64,000 bases of DNA, taken from NCBI GenBank assembly GCA_963827755.1, contig CAWHCQ010000021.1, forward strand, positions 96,001 through 160,000, given 5' to 3'. The notes beneath the pieces are model-generated. The model worked only from the letters and a program-made list of their open reading frames with translations. It was not told the DNA's origin and made no database searches. Origin of the DNA: an uncultured Gammaproteobacteria bacterium (GTDB taxonomy: Bacteria; Pseudomonadota; Gammaproteobacteria; UBA9214). Every line of letters starts with the position of its first letter. The stretch's first letter is position 1. Below are positions 22,322 through 37,656 of the stretch, one piece after another. A program made the position numbers and the translations under genes.

Positions 22322-23227
22322 ATGACAGCAAGAAAACGTGGATTGGGCAGGGGGCTGGATGCCTTACTTGGTTCGGCATCGCGCCAGCCAGATACGGCGG
22401 CGGAGCTCAAGGCGGTGCCGGAGACGGTTGTTGCCGGCCCGCCTGCAGACGGTACCCTGTGCGCATTGCCGGTTGATGTCATTCAGCGCGGCGAGTACCA
22501 GCCGCGCGTCGACATGCACCAGGAGTCACTCCAGGACCTGGCGGATTCCATTGCCGTGCAGGGTGTCGTGCAGCCCATCGTGGTGCGCACTATCGGCGAA
22601 AACCGCTACGAGATTGTTGCCGGCGAGCGCCGCTGGCGTGCCGCGCAAATGGCCGGACTGCACGAAATCCCGGCAGTGGTGCGCGAGGTGGATGACCGTT
22701 CCGCGATTGCCATTGCACTGATCGAAAATATCCAGCGTGAAAACCTCAACCCGCTTGAAGAGGCGCGCGCACTGGCGCGGCTCATCGATGAGTTTGAACT
22801 GACGCACGAACAGGCCGCCGCGGCCGTCGGTCGTTCACGCGCGGCCGTCTCGAACCTGTTGCGCCTGCTGGATCTCGATGACGGCGTCAAGGTTTTGCTG
22901 GAACGCGGCGAACTTGAAATGGGCCATGCACGCGCCCTGCTGGCACTGGCCGGCGCACGCCAGGTGGAGGCGGCCCGGCAGGTGGTTGCGCGCGGCCTGA
23001 GCGTGCGCGCGACCGAGGGGCTCGTCAGGCAGCTGCAGCAAAAACCGGCCAGCCGGACGACTCACGCCAGGCCGAAAGACCCGAATGTCCAGAGGCTGGA
23101 GGCCGACCTGTCTGACAAGCTCGGTGCCAGCGTCGTGCTGCGCCAGGGCAAGGGCGGCAAGGGCAAGCTGGAAATCAGCTACAACAGCCTCGATGAACTC
23201 GACGGCATTCTCGAGCATATCCATTGA
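22322..23227 (+). CDS. parB: Chromosome partitioning protein ParB
   Basis: GLGRGLDAL, GERRWRA, ENIQRENL and HTH GRSRAAVSN. Confidence 0.97.
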   Translation: MTARKRGLGRGLDALLGSASRQPDTAAELKAVPETVVAGPPADGTLCALPVDVIQRGEYQPRVDMHQESLQDLADSIAVQGVVQPIVVRTIGENRYEIVAGERRWRAAQMAGLHEIPAVVREVDDRSAIAIALIENIQRENLNPLEEARALARLIDEFELTHEQAAAAVGRSRAAVSNLLRLLDLDDGVKVLLERGELEMGHARALLALAGARQVEAARQVVARGLSVRATEGLVRQLQQKPASRTTHARPKDPNVQRLEADLSDKLGASVVLRQGKGGKGKLEISYNSLDELDGILEHIH

Positions 23228-23315
23228 ACCTGGAATACAGGGGGGGAGACACGTCGCTTGCGGCGGCCCCTCTTCAGCGCCGTGCAGATAAACGGCCGTT
23301 GTTTTCCCGAATTTA

Positions 23316-23345
23316 TTGACCCCACCTATAGACTCTTCTTATAAT
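23316..23345 (+). promoter_or_regulatory. sigma70 promoter of the atp operon
   Basis: TTGACC-N18-TATAAT. Confidence 0.7.
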
Positions 23346-23449
23346 CCCCGGCTGTCCGGATGCCGTTATCAGCGTCCTCCAGGCAATGACGATTCCCAGC
23401 GGCCATTTGGCTGGCCGCACGTAACTTGCTGATTAACAGGCTGAAAATA

Positions 23450-23820
23450 GTGCTTTTGGCGAGCGACACCCGCAAGCTGGTGATGCTTCAACTGCTGCTG
23501 GTTAGCCGTCACCTCAGTCGTTTTTTTCGTGATAGACGGGGGTTTTCAGGCGGGATCGGCTGCGTTTGGCGGTGTTTGCGCCTGCGCCAACCGGCTCTGG
23601 CTCGAATGGCGGGCACAGGTCTGCCGACCGGGGCCGGGCGCTCAGCGCCGGGCAGAGCATCCGCTTGCTGTATCGCACGGCGGTTGAGCGTTTTGTACTG
23701 GTCGGGGTGATGTTTGCGCTGGGCCTGGGTGTATGGCGGCTGGATCCGCTGGCGTTGTTAACGGGATTTATCGTGGGCCAGCTGGCCCTTGTATTTACTG
23801 CAACCGGAAAAACGAATTAG
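23450..23820 (+). CDS. atpI: ATP synthase protein I (2 or more indels; start uncertain)
   Basis: Hydrophobic segments across frames ending [13 protein letters not shown]...[14 protein letters not shown]; immediately upstream of atpB. Confidence 0.75.
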
Positions 23821-23822
23821 TC

Positions 23823-24666
<844 letters not shown>

Positions 24667-24698
24667 TTTTTACATTTGAACAGCACGTTACACTTTAG

Positions 24699-24950
<252 letters not shown>

Positions 24951-24983
24951 ACAGCGCGCTGAACTAACAGCAGAGGTTCTGAC

Positions 24984-25455
24984 ATGAATATCAATGCCAC
25001 TCTTATCGGCCAGGCAATTGCCTTTTTCCTGTTTGTCGTGTTCTGCATGAAGTTTGTGTGGCCACCGATCCTGCAGGCATTGCAGGAGCGCAAGGCAAAG
25101 ATTGCCGATGGCCTGGCGGCTGCCGAGCATGGCAAGCGCGAACAGGAACTGGCCGAAGAACGCGCCAAGGAACTGTTGCGTGAAGCCAAGGATCAGGCCG
25201 CAGAAATTATCGGCCGTGCCGACAAGCGCGCTGCCGAGATTGTTGAGGAAGCCAAGGATGATGCCAAGACCGAGGGCGCACGCCTGATGACAGCTGCGCA
25301 GTCTGAAATCGACACAGGAAGTTAACCGCGTGAAGGAAGACCTGCGCGGACAGGTGGTTTCCATTGCACTTGCCGGTGCCGGCAAGGTGCTCGGGCGCGA
25401 GGTCGATGAAAGCGCGCATGCCGAATTGCTGGACAAGCTGGCTGCTGAAATCTGA
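24984..25455 (+). CDS. atpF: F0 subunit b (+1 indel near 25314)
   Basis: [10 protein letters not shown]...KFVWPP; frame-corrected tail [11 protein letters not shown]...LAAEI* overlaps the atpH start. Confidence 0.94.
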
Positions 25456-25991
25456 TGGCCGAGGCAATCACCATTGCACGTCCCTATGCGCAGGCAGCAT
25501 TTATGTTTGCCAATGCGCATCACACGTTAAAAGACTGGTCGGACATGCTCGGCCTGCTCGCCGCTATTGCCGACGATGCTGCCATGCGTGACCTGATCCA
25601 CAGTCCTCACGTGAGCGACACACAGCTGGCCGACCTGTTTATAGGTGTGGGCGGCGACAAATTAAACGAGAAGTGCGTCAATTTTGTACGTGTGCTGGCA
25701 AGCAACAGGCGGCTGGACCTTTTGCCCGAGATAGCCGTGTTGTTTGAAATCCAGCGTCGCGATGCCGAGGGTACGATCCAGGCAGAACTGGTAACGCCTT
25801 TTCCGGCGACCGAGGCACAACAGGCCAGTGTCGTGGAAAGCCTGCGCAAACGCCTCGGCCGCGAGGTTGAGCTGAGCTGTTCGATTGACCGCGATCTGCT
25901 GGGTGGCGCCATCATTCGTGCCGGTGACCTGGTGATTGACGGCTCCGTGCGCGGCAAGCTGGAGCGTCTCGGCAACGCACTGACACACTGA
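25455..25991 (+). CDS. atpH: F1 subunit delta
   Basis: TIARPYAQAAF and GDLVIDGSVRGKL. Confidence 0.97.
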   Translation: MAEAITIARPYAQAAFMFANAHHTLKDWSDMLGLLAAIADDAAMRDLIHSPHVSDTQLADLFIGVGGDKLNEKCVNFVRVLASNRRLDLLPEIAVLFEIQRRDAEGTIQAELVTPFPATEAQQASVVESLRKRLGREVELSCSIDRDLLGGAIIRAGDLVIDGSVRGKLERLGNALTH

Positions 25992-26024
25992 CATATTTAA
26001 CGGGTTTTATCCAAGGTAAAAACT

Positions 26025-27566
26025 ATGCAACTCAATCCGACTGAAATCAGCGAACTGATCAAGAGCCGCATCGAACAATTCGAGGCCGTGTCCGAGGCGC
26101 GCACCGAGGGTACGGTCGTCAGCCTGACTGACGGTATCGCACGTATTCACGGCCTCGCCGACGTCATGCAGGGTGAAATGATTGAGTTCCCCGGCAACAT
26201 TTTCGGCATGGCGCTGAACCTGGAACGCGACTCCGTTGGTGCGGTGATCCTGGGTGATTACAAGGGCATCACGGAAGGCGACAGCGTCAAGTGCACCGGC
26301 CGTATTCTCGAGGTTCCGGTGGGTGAGGCGCTGCTCGGTCGTGTTGTCGATTCACTCGGTAACCCGATCGACGGCAAGGGCGCGATCGATTCTTCCATGA
26401 CATCGCCAATTGAAAAAATTGCACCGGGCGTGATTGAACGCAAGTCGGTTGACCAGCCGGTGCAGACCGGCCTGAAGTCAATCGATGCCATGGTGCCGAT
26501 TGGCCGCGGGCAGCGTGAGTTGATCATCGGTGACCGCCAGACCGGCAAGACCGCGGTGGCGATTGATGCCATCATCAACCAGAAAGACACCGGCGTTAAA
26601 TGCATCTACGTCGCTATCGGACAGAAGAACTCGTCGATTGCCACCGTGGTGCGCAAGCTGGAAGAGCACGGCGCCATGGAACATACCATCATCGTGGCCG
26701 CGGCGGCTGCAGAGTCCGCCGCGATGCAGTACATTGCACCGTATGCCGGTTGTACCATGGGTGAATATTTCCGTGATCGCGGTGAAGACGCGCTGATTAT
26801 CTACGACGATCTGACCAAGCAGGCCTGGGCCTATCGCCAGGTGTCACTGCTGCTGCGCCGCCCGCCGGGCCGCGAGGCCTATCCGGGTGACGTGTTCTAC
26901 CTGCACTCGCGTTTGCTGGAGCGCTCCTCGCGCATCAATGCAGCGGAAGTGGAGAAGCGCACCAATGGCGCAGTGAAAGGCAAGACCGGTTCACTGACCG
27001 CGCTGCCAATCATTGAAACACAGGCCGGTGACGTGTCGGCCTTCGTGCCGACCAACGTGATTTCCATTACGGACGGCCAGATCTTCCTGGAATCCGACCT
27101 GTTCAATGCCGGTATTCGACCGGCCATTAATGCCGGCCTGTCGGTGTCGCGCGTGGGTGGTGCGGCGCAGACAAAAATTATTAAAAAGCTCGGTGGCACT
27201 GTGCGCCTGGCCCTGGCCCAGTACCGCGAACTGGCGGCCTTCTCCCAGTTTGCCTCCGATCTTGATGAGGCGACGCGCAAGCAGCTCGAACGCGGCCAGC
27301 GTGTAACCGAGTTGATGAAGCAGAAACAGTATTCACCATTGTCGGTGGCCGAGATGGCGGTGTCCCTGTATGCCGCTGAAGAAGGCTACCTGGATGATGT
27401 CGACCTGAACAAGATCGTCGATTTCGAGCATGCCATGCATGCCTACATGCGTGCCAGCCAGGCGGCATTGCTCGACACGATCAACACGACGGGTGATTAC
27501 AACGATGAAATCGTATCCGGGCTGAAGGCCGCGGTCGAGGATTTCAAGCAGAACGGTACCTGGTAG
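26025..27566 (+). CDS. atpA: F1 subunit alpha
   Basis: GDRQTGKT and [21 protein letters not shown]. Confidence 0.99.
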   Translation: MQLNPTEISELIKSRIEQFEAVSEARTEGTVVSLTDGIARIHGLADVMQGEMIEFPGNIFGMALNLERDSVGAVILGDYKGITEGDSVKCTGRILEVPVGEALLGRVVDSLGNPIDGKGAIDSSMTSPIEKIAPGVIERKSVDQPVQTGLKSIDAMVPIGRGQRELIIGDRQTGKTAVAIDAIINQKDTGVKCIYVAIGQKNSSIATVVRKLEEHGAMEHTIIVAAAAAESAAMQYIAPYAGCTMGEYFRDRGEDALIIYDDLTKQAWAYRQVSLLLRRPPGREAYPGDVFYLHSRLLERSSRINAAEVEKRTNGAVKGKTGSLTALPIIETQAGDVSAFVPTNVISITDGQIFLESDLFNAGIRPAINAGLSVSRVGGAAQTKIIKKLGGTVRLALAQYRELAAFSQFASDLDEATRKQLERGQRVTELMKQKQYSPLSVAEMAVSLYAAEEGYLDDVDLNKIVDFEHAMHAYMRASQAALLDTINTTGDYNDEIVSGLKAAVEDFKQNGTW

Positions 27567-27580
27567 TGGCAAGGTTTTTC

Positions 27581-27663
27581 GCAGCCCGGATGAAGCAAGG
27601 CACAATCCGGGAAAATGATAACCGCTTTCCGGATTGCGGCCATGCGGCTTCCATCCGGGCTAC
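27581..27663. repeat. REP inverted doublet, family B (G(T/C)AGCCCGGATG...AATCCGG)
   Basis: GCAGCCCGGATGAAGC...CAATCCGG followed by inverted CCGGATTGCG...CATCCGGGCTAC between atpA and atpG. Confidence 0.75.
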
Positions 27664-27696
27664 CGTGTTTTTGATCAGGGACAACAGGGCAGGGTA

Positions 27697-28557
27697 ATGG
27701 CAGGCGCGAAGGAAATCCGCACCAAGATTGCGAGCATCAAGAATACGCAGAAGATCACCAAGGCCATGGAGATGGTGGCGGCGAGCAAGATGCGCAGGGC
27801 ACAGGAGCGTATGCAGGCAACGCGTCCCTATGCCGAAAAGATCCAGAACGTGATTTCGCACCTCGCGCATGCCCATCCGGAATACCATCATCCCTACCTG
27901 GCAACACGCGAGACGAAACGGGTTGGCATGATCATTATTTCCACAGACCGTGGTCTGTGCGGCGGCCTGAACATCAATCTCTTCAAGTCGGCCCTTACCC
28001 GGCTGCGCGAATGGGATGAGGCAGGGCTGGAAGTCGACCTGACCCTGATCGGTACCAAGAGCAACTCCTTTTTCAAGCGCATGAAGTGTGATATTTCCGC
28101 TTCCGCCACTCACCTGGGTGATGCGCCATCGATCGTTGAGCTGATCGGCACCATCAAGGTGATGCTGGATGCCTATGAGGAGGGCCGAATCGACAGCCTT
28201 TATCTCGCACACAACGAGTTCGTCAACACCATGACACAAAACCCGTCGATCAAGCAGTTGATCCCGATCGAGCGCGAGCCGGACAAGAAACTGGAGACTC
28301 ACTGGGACTACATTTACGAGCCGGATTCGAAGCCGGTGATGGATTCCCTGATGATTCGCTACATCGAGTCGCTGGTTTACCAGGGCATGGTGGAGAACGT
28401 GGCCTGTGAGCAGTCGGCACGCATGGTCGCGATGAAGTCGGCGACCGACAATGCCGGCGACCTGATCGACGAGCTGCAGCTGATCTACAACAAGGCGCGG
28501 CAGGCAGCCATTACCCAGGAAATCTCCGAGATTGTCGCGGGTGCGGCTGCGGTATAG
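27697..28557 (+). CDS. atpG: F1 subunit gamma
   Basis: [20 protein letters not shown] and [13 protein letters not shown]. Confidence 0.98.
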   Translation: MAGAKEIRTKIASIKNTQKITKAMEMVAASKMRRAQERMQATRPYAEKIQNVISHLAHAHPEYHHPYLATRETKRVGMIIISTDRGLCGGLNINLFKSALTRLREWDEAGLEVDLTLIGTKSNSFFKRMKCDISASATHLGDAPSIVELIGTIKVMLDAYEEGRIDSLYLAHNEFVNTMTQNPSIKQLIPIEREPDKKLETHWDYIYEPDSKPVMDSLMIRYIESLVYQGMVENVACEQSARMVAMKSATDNAGDLIDELQLIYNKARQAAITQEISEIVAGAAAV

Positions 28558-28562
28558 AATAA

Positions 28563-30047
<1,485 letters not shown>

Positions 30048-30049
30048 TC

Positions 30050-30469
30050 ATGGCTATGACACTGCACATTGATATCGTCAGCGCCGAAGCCGAGATCTTC
30101 TCGGGCACGGCAACGATGGTATTTGCACCCGCCGAAATGGGTGAGCTGGGTATTGCTCCGCGTCACACGCCTTTACTGGCTCGTCTCAAGCCGGGTGAAG
30201 TACGCGTGCAAACCCAGCAAGGCGAGGAGCTGTCATTTTTTGTTTCCGGCGGCATGCTGGAAATCCAGCCGCACGTCGTCACCGTGCTTGCCGACACAGC
30301 CATTCGCGCGGCTGATCTTGACGAAGCGCAGGCGCTGGAAGCCAGGGACCGTGCCAGGAAGATGCTGACCGACAAGACGGCCGATGTTGATTATGCGAGG
30401 GCGCAGGCCGAGCTGGCACAGTCCATGGCGCAACTGGCGGCCATTCGCAAGTTGCGTGAAAAACCCTGA
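30050..30469 (+). CDS. atpC: F1 subunit epsilon
   Basis: DIVSAE...[12 protein letters not shown]...SGGMLEIQP. Confidence 0.97.
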   Translation: MAMTLHIDIVSAEAEIFSGTATMVFAPAEMGELGIAPRHTPLLARLKPGEVRVQTQQGEELSFFVSGGMLEIQPHVVTVLADTAIRAADLDEAQALEARDRARKMLTDKTADVDYARAQAELAQSMAQLAAIRKLREKP

Positions 30470-30957
30470 TGTCCGATAGCGCTGTCGGCAGGGAGAAGGT
30501 CGTTACCTTCACCTACTCGATCTCGGACGAGTCCGGCGAAATTCTGGAGCAGTCGGATATACCGATCAGTTACGTTCATGGCGGCAAGCACGACTTGTTT
30601 GAAAAGGTCGAGCATGCACTGGACGGTTCCGTTGTCGGTGATTCCATCGATGTAAGGCTGACGCCGGAAGAAGGCTTTGGTGCGCATGACCCGAAGCTGA
30701 CTTATACCGATGACCTGGAGAATGTACCGCCGGAGTTCCAGCACATCGGTGCCGAGGTAGAGATGATGAACGATCAGGGCGAATCAATGAAATTCACCGT
30801 CACCTCCATCGAGGACGGCAAGCTGACCGTGGATGGCAATCATCCAATGGCCGGCAAGGCGATTATCTTCCATATCAAGGTCATCGACATACGCGAGGCA
30901 ACGCCCGCCGAGATCGCCAATGGCGTAGAGCCGATGGCCATGCCGGTGCTGCACTGA
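30469..30957 (+). CDS. FKBP-type peptidyl-prolyl isomerase (SlyD-like, no His-rich tail)
   Basis: YVHGG, PEEGFG, VDGNHPMAGK and IREAT. Confidence 0.9.
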   Translation: MSDSAVGREKVVTFTYSISDESGEILEQSDIPISYVHGGKHDLFEKVEHALDGSVVGDSIDVRLTPEEGFGAHDPKLTYTDDLENVPPEFQHIGAEVEMMNDQGESMKFTVTSIEDGKLTVDGNHPMAGKAIIFHIKVIDIREATPAEIANGVEPMAMPVLH

Positions 30958-31186
30958 CAGCTTGCCGGGCAGTCTCCATACAAAAAGCGACACGCGTCTT
31001 TGCGCGGGAAAACACGGCGTTTGTCGATGGAAAACAGTCGAGAAAGCATCCTGTAAAAAATCCCGGTGGCTTGCCGATAAGCATACGAGTCTGTAAATCC
31101 GTGCGTGTTGGGTGTCCTGCAGCATTCTTTATGTATACTCGGTGCTGATTTATGGCTCATTCAGGTAAGCAGAAAGTGAGTAGCGT

Positions 31187-32557
31187 ATGCCGCTGAGTAT
31201 TATTATTCTCGCCGCCGGACAGGGGACACGTATGTGTTCCGACCTTCCCAAGGTGCTCCACCCGCTGGGCGGGAAGCCGCTGCTGCATCATGTTATCGAG
31301 ACTGCACGCCGGCTGGAGAGCGAGGCTGTCCATGTGGTCGTCGGCCATGGCGCCGCTCTGGTGCGTGAAGCGACTCCCGACACCGATGTTCACTGGGTCG
31401 AGCAGGCCGAGCAACTCGGCACCGGTCACGCTGTTGCGCAGGTCATGCCTGCCGTCCCGGATGACCATATCGTACTGGTGATGTATGGCGATGTTCCGCT
31501 GGTCAGCACAGGGACATTGCAGCCCTTGTACGAGCTTGCCCGGCAGGGTTTCGTTGGTCTGCTGACTGCGGAGCTTGAAGACCCGACGGGTTACGGACGC
31601 ATTCTGCATCATGCCGATGGCAGTATCAGCGGCATCGTCGAGGAGAAAGATGCCAGCAAGTCGCAACGGGCTATCAATGAAATCAACACCGGTTTTCTGG
31701 CTGTCAGCGCAGCGCGTTTGCGTGGCTGGGTTGAGGCGCTCGACAATAACAATGCATCGGGTGAATTTTATTTAACCGATGTCATTGCAAGTGCGGTATC
31801 CGATGGTTGCGGCGTGCGCGGCATTTCCGCAGAGGATGTGGAGGAAGTACTGGGCATCAATGACCGCATCCAGCTGGCAGTGCAGGAGCGCTGCTTTCAG
31901 GAACGCCAGGCAATGGCCTGCCTGCAGGCAGGTGTCACGCTGATCGACCCGGCACGTTTTGATTTGCGCGGCACCTTGCAGGCCGGCCAGGATGTGGTCA
32001 TTGATGTCAACGTGGTGCTGGAGGGTGATGTCATGCTGGGTGACCGCGTTCACATCGGGCCCAACGTGCTCATGCGCAACGTGCAGGTTGGCGACGGGGT
32101 GGAAATCCTTGCCAACTGTGTCATCGAGGATGCCGTTGTCGGCAGCAACAGTCGTATCGGACCATTTGCGCGCATCCGTCCTGAAACAGTGCTGGCTGAA
32201 AATACGCATATCGGAAATTTTGTCGAGATCAAGAAATCAGATGTAGGTACAGGTTCGAAGATCAATCATCTTAGCTATATCGGCGATACCAGTGTGGGCA
32301 GCAGTGTGAATATCGGTGCCGGCACCATTACCTGCAACTATGACGGTGCAAACAAGCATCGTACGCTGATCGGCGATAACGTCTTTATAGGTTCCGACAC
32401 GCAACTGATTGCACCGGTCGAAATAAAGGATGGTGCCACTATTGGTGCGGGCTCGACGATTACGCAGGATGCACCAGCCGGTGAGCTGACGCTCAGCCGT
32501 ACCCCGCAGGAAACCATGACCGGCTGGAAGCGGCCACGCAAGAAAGACCGGGAATAA
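31187..32557 (+). CDS. glmU: Bifunctional UDP-GlcNAc pyrophosphorylase/GlcN-1-P acetyltransferase
   Basis: LAAGQGTRM, hexapeptide repeats and CNYDG. Confidence 0.98.
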   Translation: MPLSIIILAAGQGTRMCSDLPKVLHPLGGKPLLHHVIETARRLESEAVHVVVGHGAALVREATPDTDVHWVEQAEQLGTGHAVAQVMPAVPDDHIVLVMYGDVPLVSTGTLQPLYELARQGFVGLLTAELEDPTGYGRILHHADGSISGIVEEKDASKSQRAINEINTGFLAVSAARLRGWVEALDNNNASGEFYLTDVIASAVSDGCGVRGISAEDVEEVLGINDRIQLAVQERCFQERQAMACLQAGVTLIDPARFDLRGTLQAGQDVVIDVNVVLEGDVMLGDRVHIGPNVLMRNVQVGDGVEILANCVIEDAVVGSNSRIGPFARIRPETVLAENTHIGNFVEIKKSDVGTGSKINHLSYIGDTSVGSSVNIGAGTITCNYDGANKHRTLIGDNVFIGSDTQLIAPVEIKDGATIGAGSTITQDAPAGELTLSRTPQETMTGWKRPRKKDRE

Positions 32558-32562
32558 CAGCT

Positions 32563-34395
<1,833 letters not shown>

Positions 34396-34479
34396 TCAGT
34401 AAATTCAAGATGCTAGAGCAGTCTCCCGGGTAATCCCGGCCATCTCCCGCCGCCGGCGGCGCAGACCCCTCGCCGCTTC

Positions 34480-34534
34480 TAAGTTATTGATAATCAAACC
34501 TAAGTTTGCTTCGAAACCAGCTTGATGGTATAAT
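34480..34534 (+). promoter_or_regulatory. IHF-like site plus sigma70 promoter of the small Cys-rich ORF
   Basis: Reverse complement TATCAA-TAAC-TTA (34480-34492) fits WATCAANNNNTTR; TTGCTT-N17-TATAAT at 34506-34534 with TG extension. Confidence 0.6.
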
Positions 34535-34594
34535 TTCCTGCTGTACCTGCATGAGACAGCCGCCGCCTGAGCGGTTTATACAAGGAGTAGCACA

Positions 34595-34864
34595 GTGACA
34601 ATTGATTCAATGTTTTACTGCATTCCCCAGCAAGCCTATCTGAGTATCAGTACCTGCAAAAACCTGCGCGCGCGGCCGGTCGGCAAGGCGCCGGCTGGCG
34701 CCCCGCCAAAACTGATTGCCTGTGAGAAGTGCACCATGCACCCGTTGGTCGATATGTCAAAGATTCCAACGGTTACGCTGGAATCCTACCTCGGTGGCAC
34801 CCGGCCGAAGACGGCTAACCTGAATTCACCGAAAAATCGCAAGCTGCTGGCAGATGTAGCCTGA
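34595..34864 (+). CDS. Small hypothetical protein with 4 Cys (possible Zn site)
   Basis: AAGGAG SD and dedicated promoter; C-x11-C-x21-CEKC. Confidence 0.7.
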   Translation: MTIDSMFYCIPQQAYLSISTCKNLRARPVGKAPAGAPPKLIACEKCTMHPLVDMSKIPTVTLESYLGGTRPKTANLNSPKNRKLLADVA

Positions 34865-34884
34865 AACTGGCCGGCACCTGATCC

Positions 34885-35301
34885 CTAGTCGATGGGGTCC
34901 TGCCACTTGACACGGTTACTCTTGCGCCGGTCCCTTTGTTCGCGGCGCTCGCTGTGGTCCGCTTCAAAGCGGACAGCCGTCCTGGGGTCAGCTCCCTGGC
35001 GGCGTTCCTGGTAGCGCCGGTTATTCAAGCCGGCATACACACAACTGCAGCGCAGCGCCCTGCACCCCTCAACCGGCAGTTCGGGGACGTTTTCAAGCTC
35101 ATAAAAGCTGCCGGTAAAACGGCGTACGGCCTTGCAGTTGCCGTTGCGAATGGTAATGCCGCGGTAGCGTTTACTGCGGCGCAGTTTTTCCAGGGAGGCC
35201 GCCTTTTTCCTGCGCTGATATGTACCCGTACAGCTCCAGGCGAACCATGCCAGCCCGGCCAGCGGTATGCCAAGAATCAGCAGTGTGACAATATCCGGCA
35301 T
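34885..35301 (-). CDS. Membrane-anchored hypothetical protein with Cys cluster and (E/D/N)RR repeats
   Basis: AGGGAG SD; N-terminal TM helix; C...LP...C....CSC.Y; NRR, ERR, ERR, DRR. Confidence 0.7.
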   Translation of the reverse strand: MPDIVTLLILGIPLAGLAWFAWSCTGTYQRRKKAASLEKLRRSKRYRGITIRNGNCKAVRRFTGSFYELENVPELPVEGCRALRCSCVYAGLNNRRYQERRQGADPRTAVRFEADHSERREQRDRRKSNRVKWQDPID

Positions 35302-35428
35302 GGCTTTCTCCCTGTTCTGCAATATGCAGCAGCGCACGGTCTGCATTGATGTTATGCGCCAGCACCGGTGCAATAATACCACCCCATCGGAAGGGGGTGC
35401 GCCCTTCTTTTTGGTAGAATCCCTGCCC

Positions 35429-37602
35429 ATGGATGTTTCCCGGATTATTGAATCACTCAACGACGCCCAGCGGGAAGCGGTGTGTGCCCCGCCAGATCCC
35501 TTGCTGGTACTCGCCGGTGCCGGCAGCGGCAAGACCCGGGTGCTGGTACACCGGATTGCCTGGATGGTTGACGTCGAAGGCCTGTCGCCTTACTCGATTC
35601 TTGCCGTGACCTTCACCAACAAGGCGGCCGCTGAAATGCGCGGCCGGATTGAACACCTGATCGATAGCACCGGCGACCGGTATGTGGGTGGGCACCTTTC
35701 ACGGGCTGGCACACCGGCTGTTGCGCAGGCACTGGCAGGAAGCCGGGCTGCCGCAGGCCTTCCAGATACTCGATTCCCAGGACCAGTTGCGGCTGGTGCG
35801 CAGGGTGATCAACGGCATGGAACTGGACGAGGACAAGTGGCCGGCGAAACAGCTGCAATGGTTTATCAACGGCTGCAAGGATGAAGGCCGGCGGCCACAG
35901 CATATCGAGCACCGCAACGATCCGTACCTGAAGCGACAGCTGGAAATCTACCAGGCCTATGAAAACCTCTGCCAGCGTTCAGGGCTGGTCGACTTTGCCG
36001 AGTTGCTGCTGCGCTCACATGAACTGTGGCTGCAACAGCCGCAACTGCTGGCGCATTACCGGGAGCGCTTCAATCACCTGCTGGTGGACGAGTTCCAGGA
36101 TACCAACACCATCCAGTACGCCTGGCTGCGTATGCTCGCGGGGGACAGCGGGCGAATTACCGTTGTCGGCGATGATGACCAGTCGATCTACGGCTGGCGT
36201 GGTGCGAAAGGTGGAAAACATCCTCAGCTTCCAGAAGGATTTCGGGGATACGCGCGTCATCCGCCTGGAACAGAACTACCGCTCGACTTCAACGATACTG
36301 AAGGCCGCCAATGCCGTTATCGAAAACAATACCGGGCGCATGGGCAAGGAGTTGTGGACCGAAGGCAATGAAGGCGTGCCGATCCAGCTCTATACCGCCT
36401 ACAACGAACAGGATGAAGCGCGCTTTGTCACCGACCGCATCGAGGACCATGTCGACAAGGGTAATCCGCGTGCCGATATTGCGATTCTTTATCGCTCCAA
36501 TGCGCAGTCACGTGTCTTTGAGGAACGCCTGGTACAGTGCGGCATCCCGTACCGGGTCTATGGCGGCTTGCGTTTCTTCGAGCGCGCCGAGATCAAGGAC
36601 GCGCTGGCCTACCTGCGGCTCTGCAGCAACCGCAATGACGATGCATCTTTCGAGCGTATCGTGAATCATCCGCCGCGCGGCATCGGCGGCAGGACGCTGG
36701 ATGCCGTGCGCATGCAGGCGAGGCAGGACAGCCAGTCCCTGTGGGCTGCGACAATTACCGTGGTCAACGAGAAGCTGGTATCGGCACGCGCCTGTAATGC
36801 ATTGCTGGCTTTTCTGAAAATGATCGATGAAATGTCCGCGGGCCTTGGCGCGTTGCCGCTGGGCGAACAGGTGGAACAGGTCATGCATCCAAGCGGACTG
36901 GTCGATCATTTTACGAAGGATAAGGGTGAAAGGGGCCAGTCGCGTATCGAGAACCTGCAGGAACTGGTGAACGCCGCGCGCCAGTATGAATCCGATCCCG
37001 ACAGTGACATGGACCCGATGTCCGAATTTCTCTCCCATGCGGCCCTGGAGGCCGGCGAGGGCCAGGCGGATGCCTGGGAGGACTGCGTGCAGTTGATGAC
37101 ACTGCATTCTGCCAAGGGGCTGGAATTCCCGATCATCTTTCTCTGCGGCATGGAAGAGGGCCTGTTTCCGCATCAGCGTTCGGTGCAGGAGCCCGGGCGC
37201 CTGGAAGAAGAGCGTCGGCTTTGTTACGTCGGCATAACCCGCGCACGCGAGCAGGTGATCCTGACCTGTGCCGAACGGCGGCGCCTGTACGGCTCCGAGA
37301 CCTACAGCCTGCCGTCGCGTTTCATTGACGAGATACCGAAACAGCTGATTCACGAGGTGCGCCCGCGCCCGGGGATCAGCTCGACCAGGGCCATGCCTTC
37401 GGCCAATGCGAATGTTTATCCCGATGCAGACGATACGGGCCTGCACCTGGGCCAGCATGTGCGGCACAGCAAGTTCGGTGATGGCGTGGTCATGAACTGT
37501 GAAGGCCAGGGCAGTAATGCACGTGTGCAGGTCAATTTTTCACGCGCTGGCACCAAGTGGCTGGTCCTGGCGTATGCCAACCTGGAAAGCCTTGGCGTTT
37601 GA
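35429..37602 (+). CDS. uvrD: DNA helicase II (+1 indels near 35665 and 36207)
   Basis: AGAGSGKT, VDEFQDTN, LEQNYRST, MTLHSAKGLEF and EERRLCYVGITRA across three frames. Confidence 0.96.
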
Positions 37603-37656
37603 AGGAAGTCTTTTCGGGGAGGCGTTGAAGATGGTTGGCGTGCAACTCTGAATAAC

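Noticed and set aside
32558-32562. glmS ribozyme or GlmZ-type leader
   Set aside because: Only 5 nt separate glmU and glmS.
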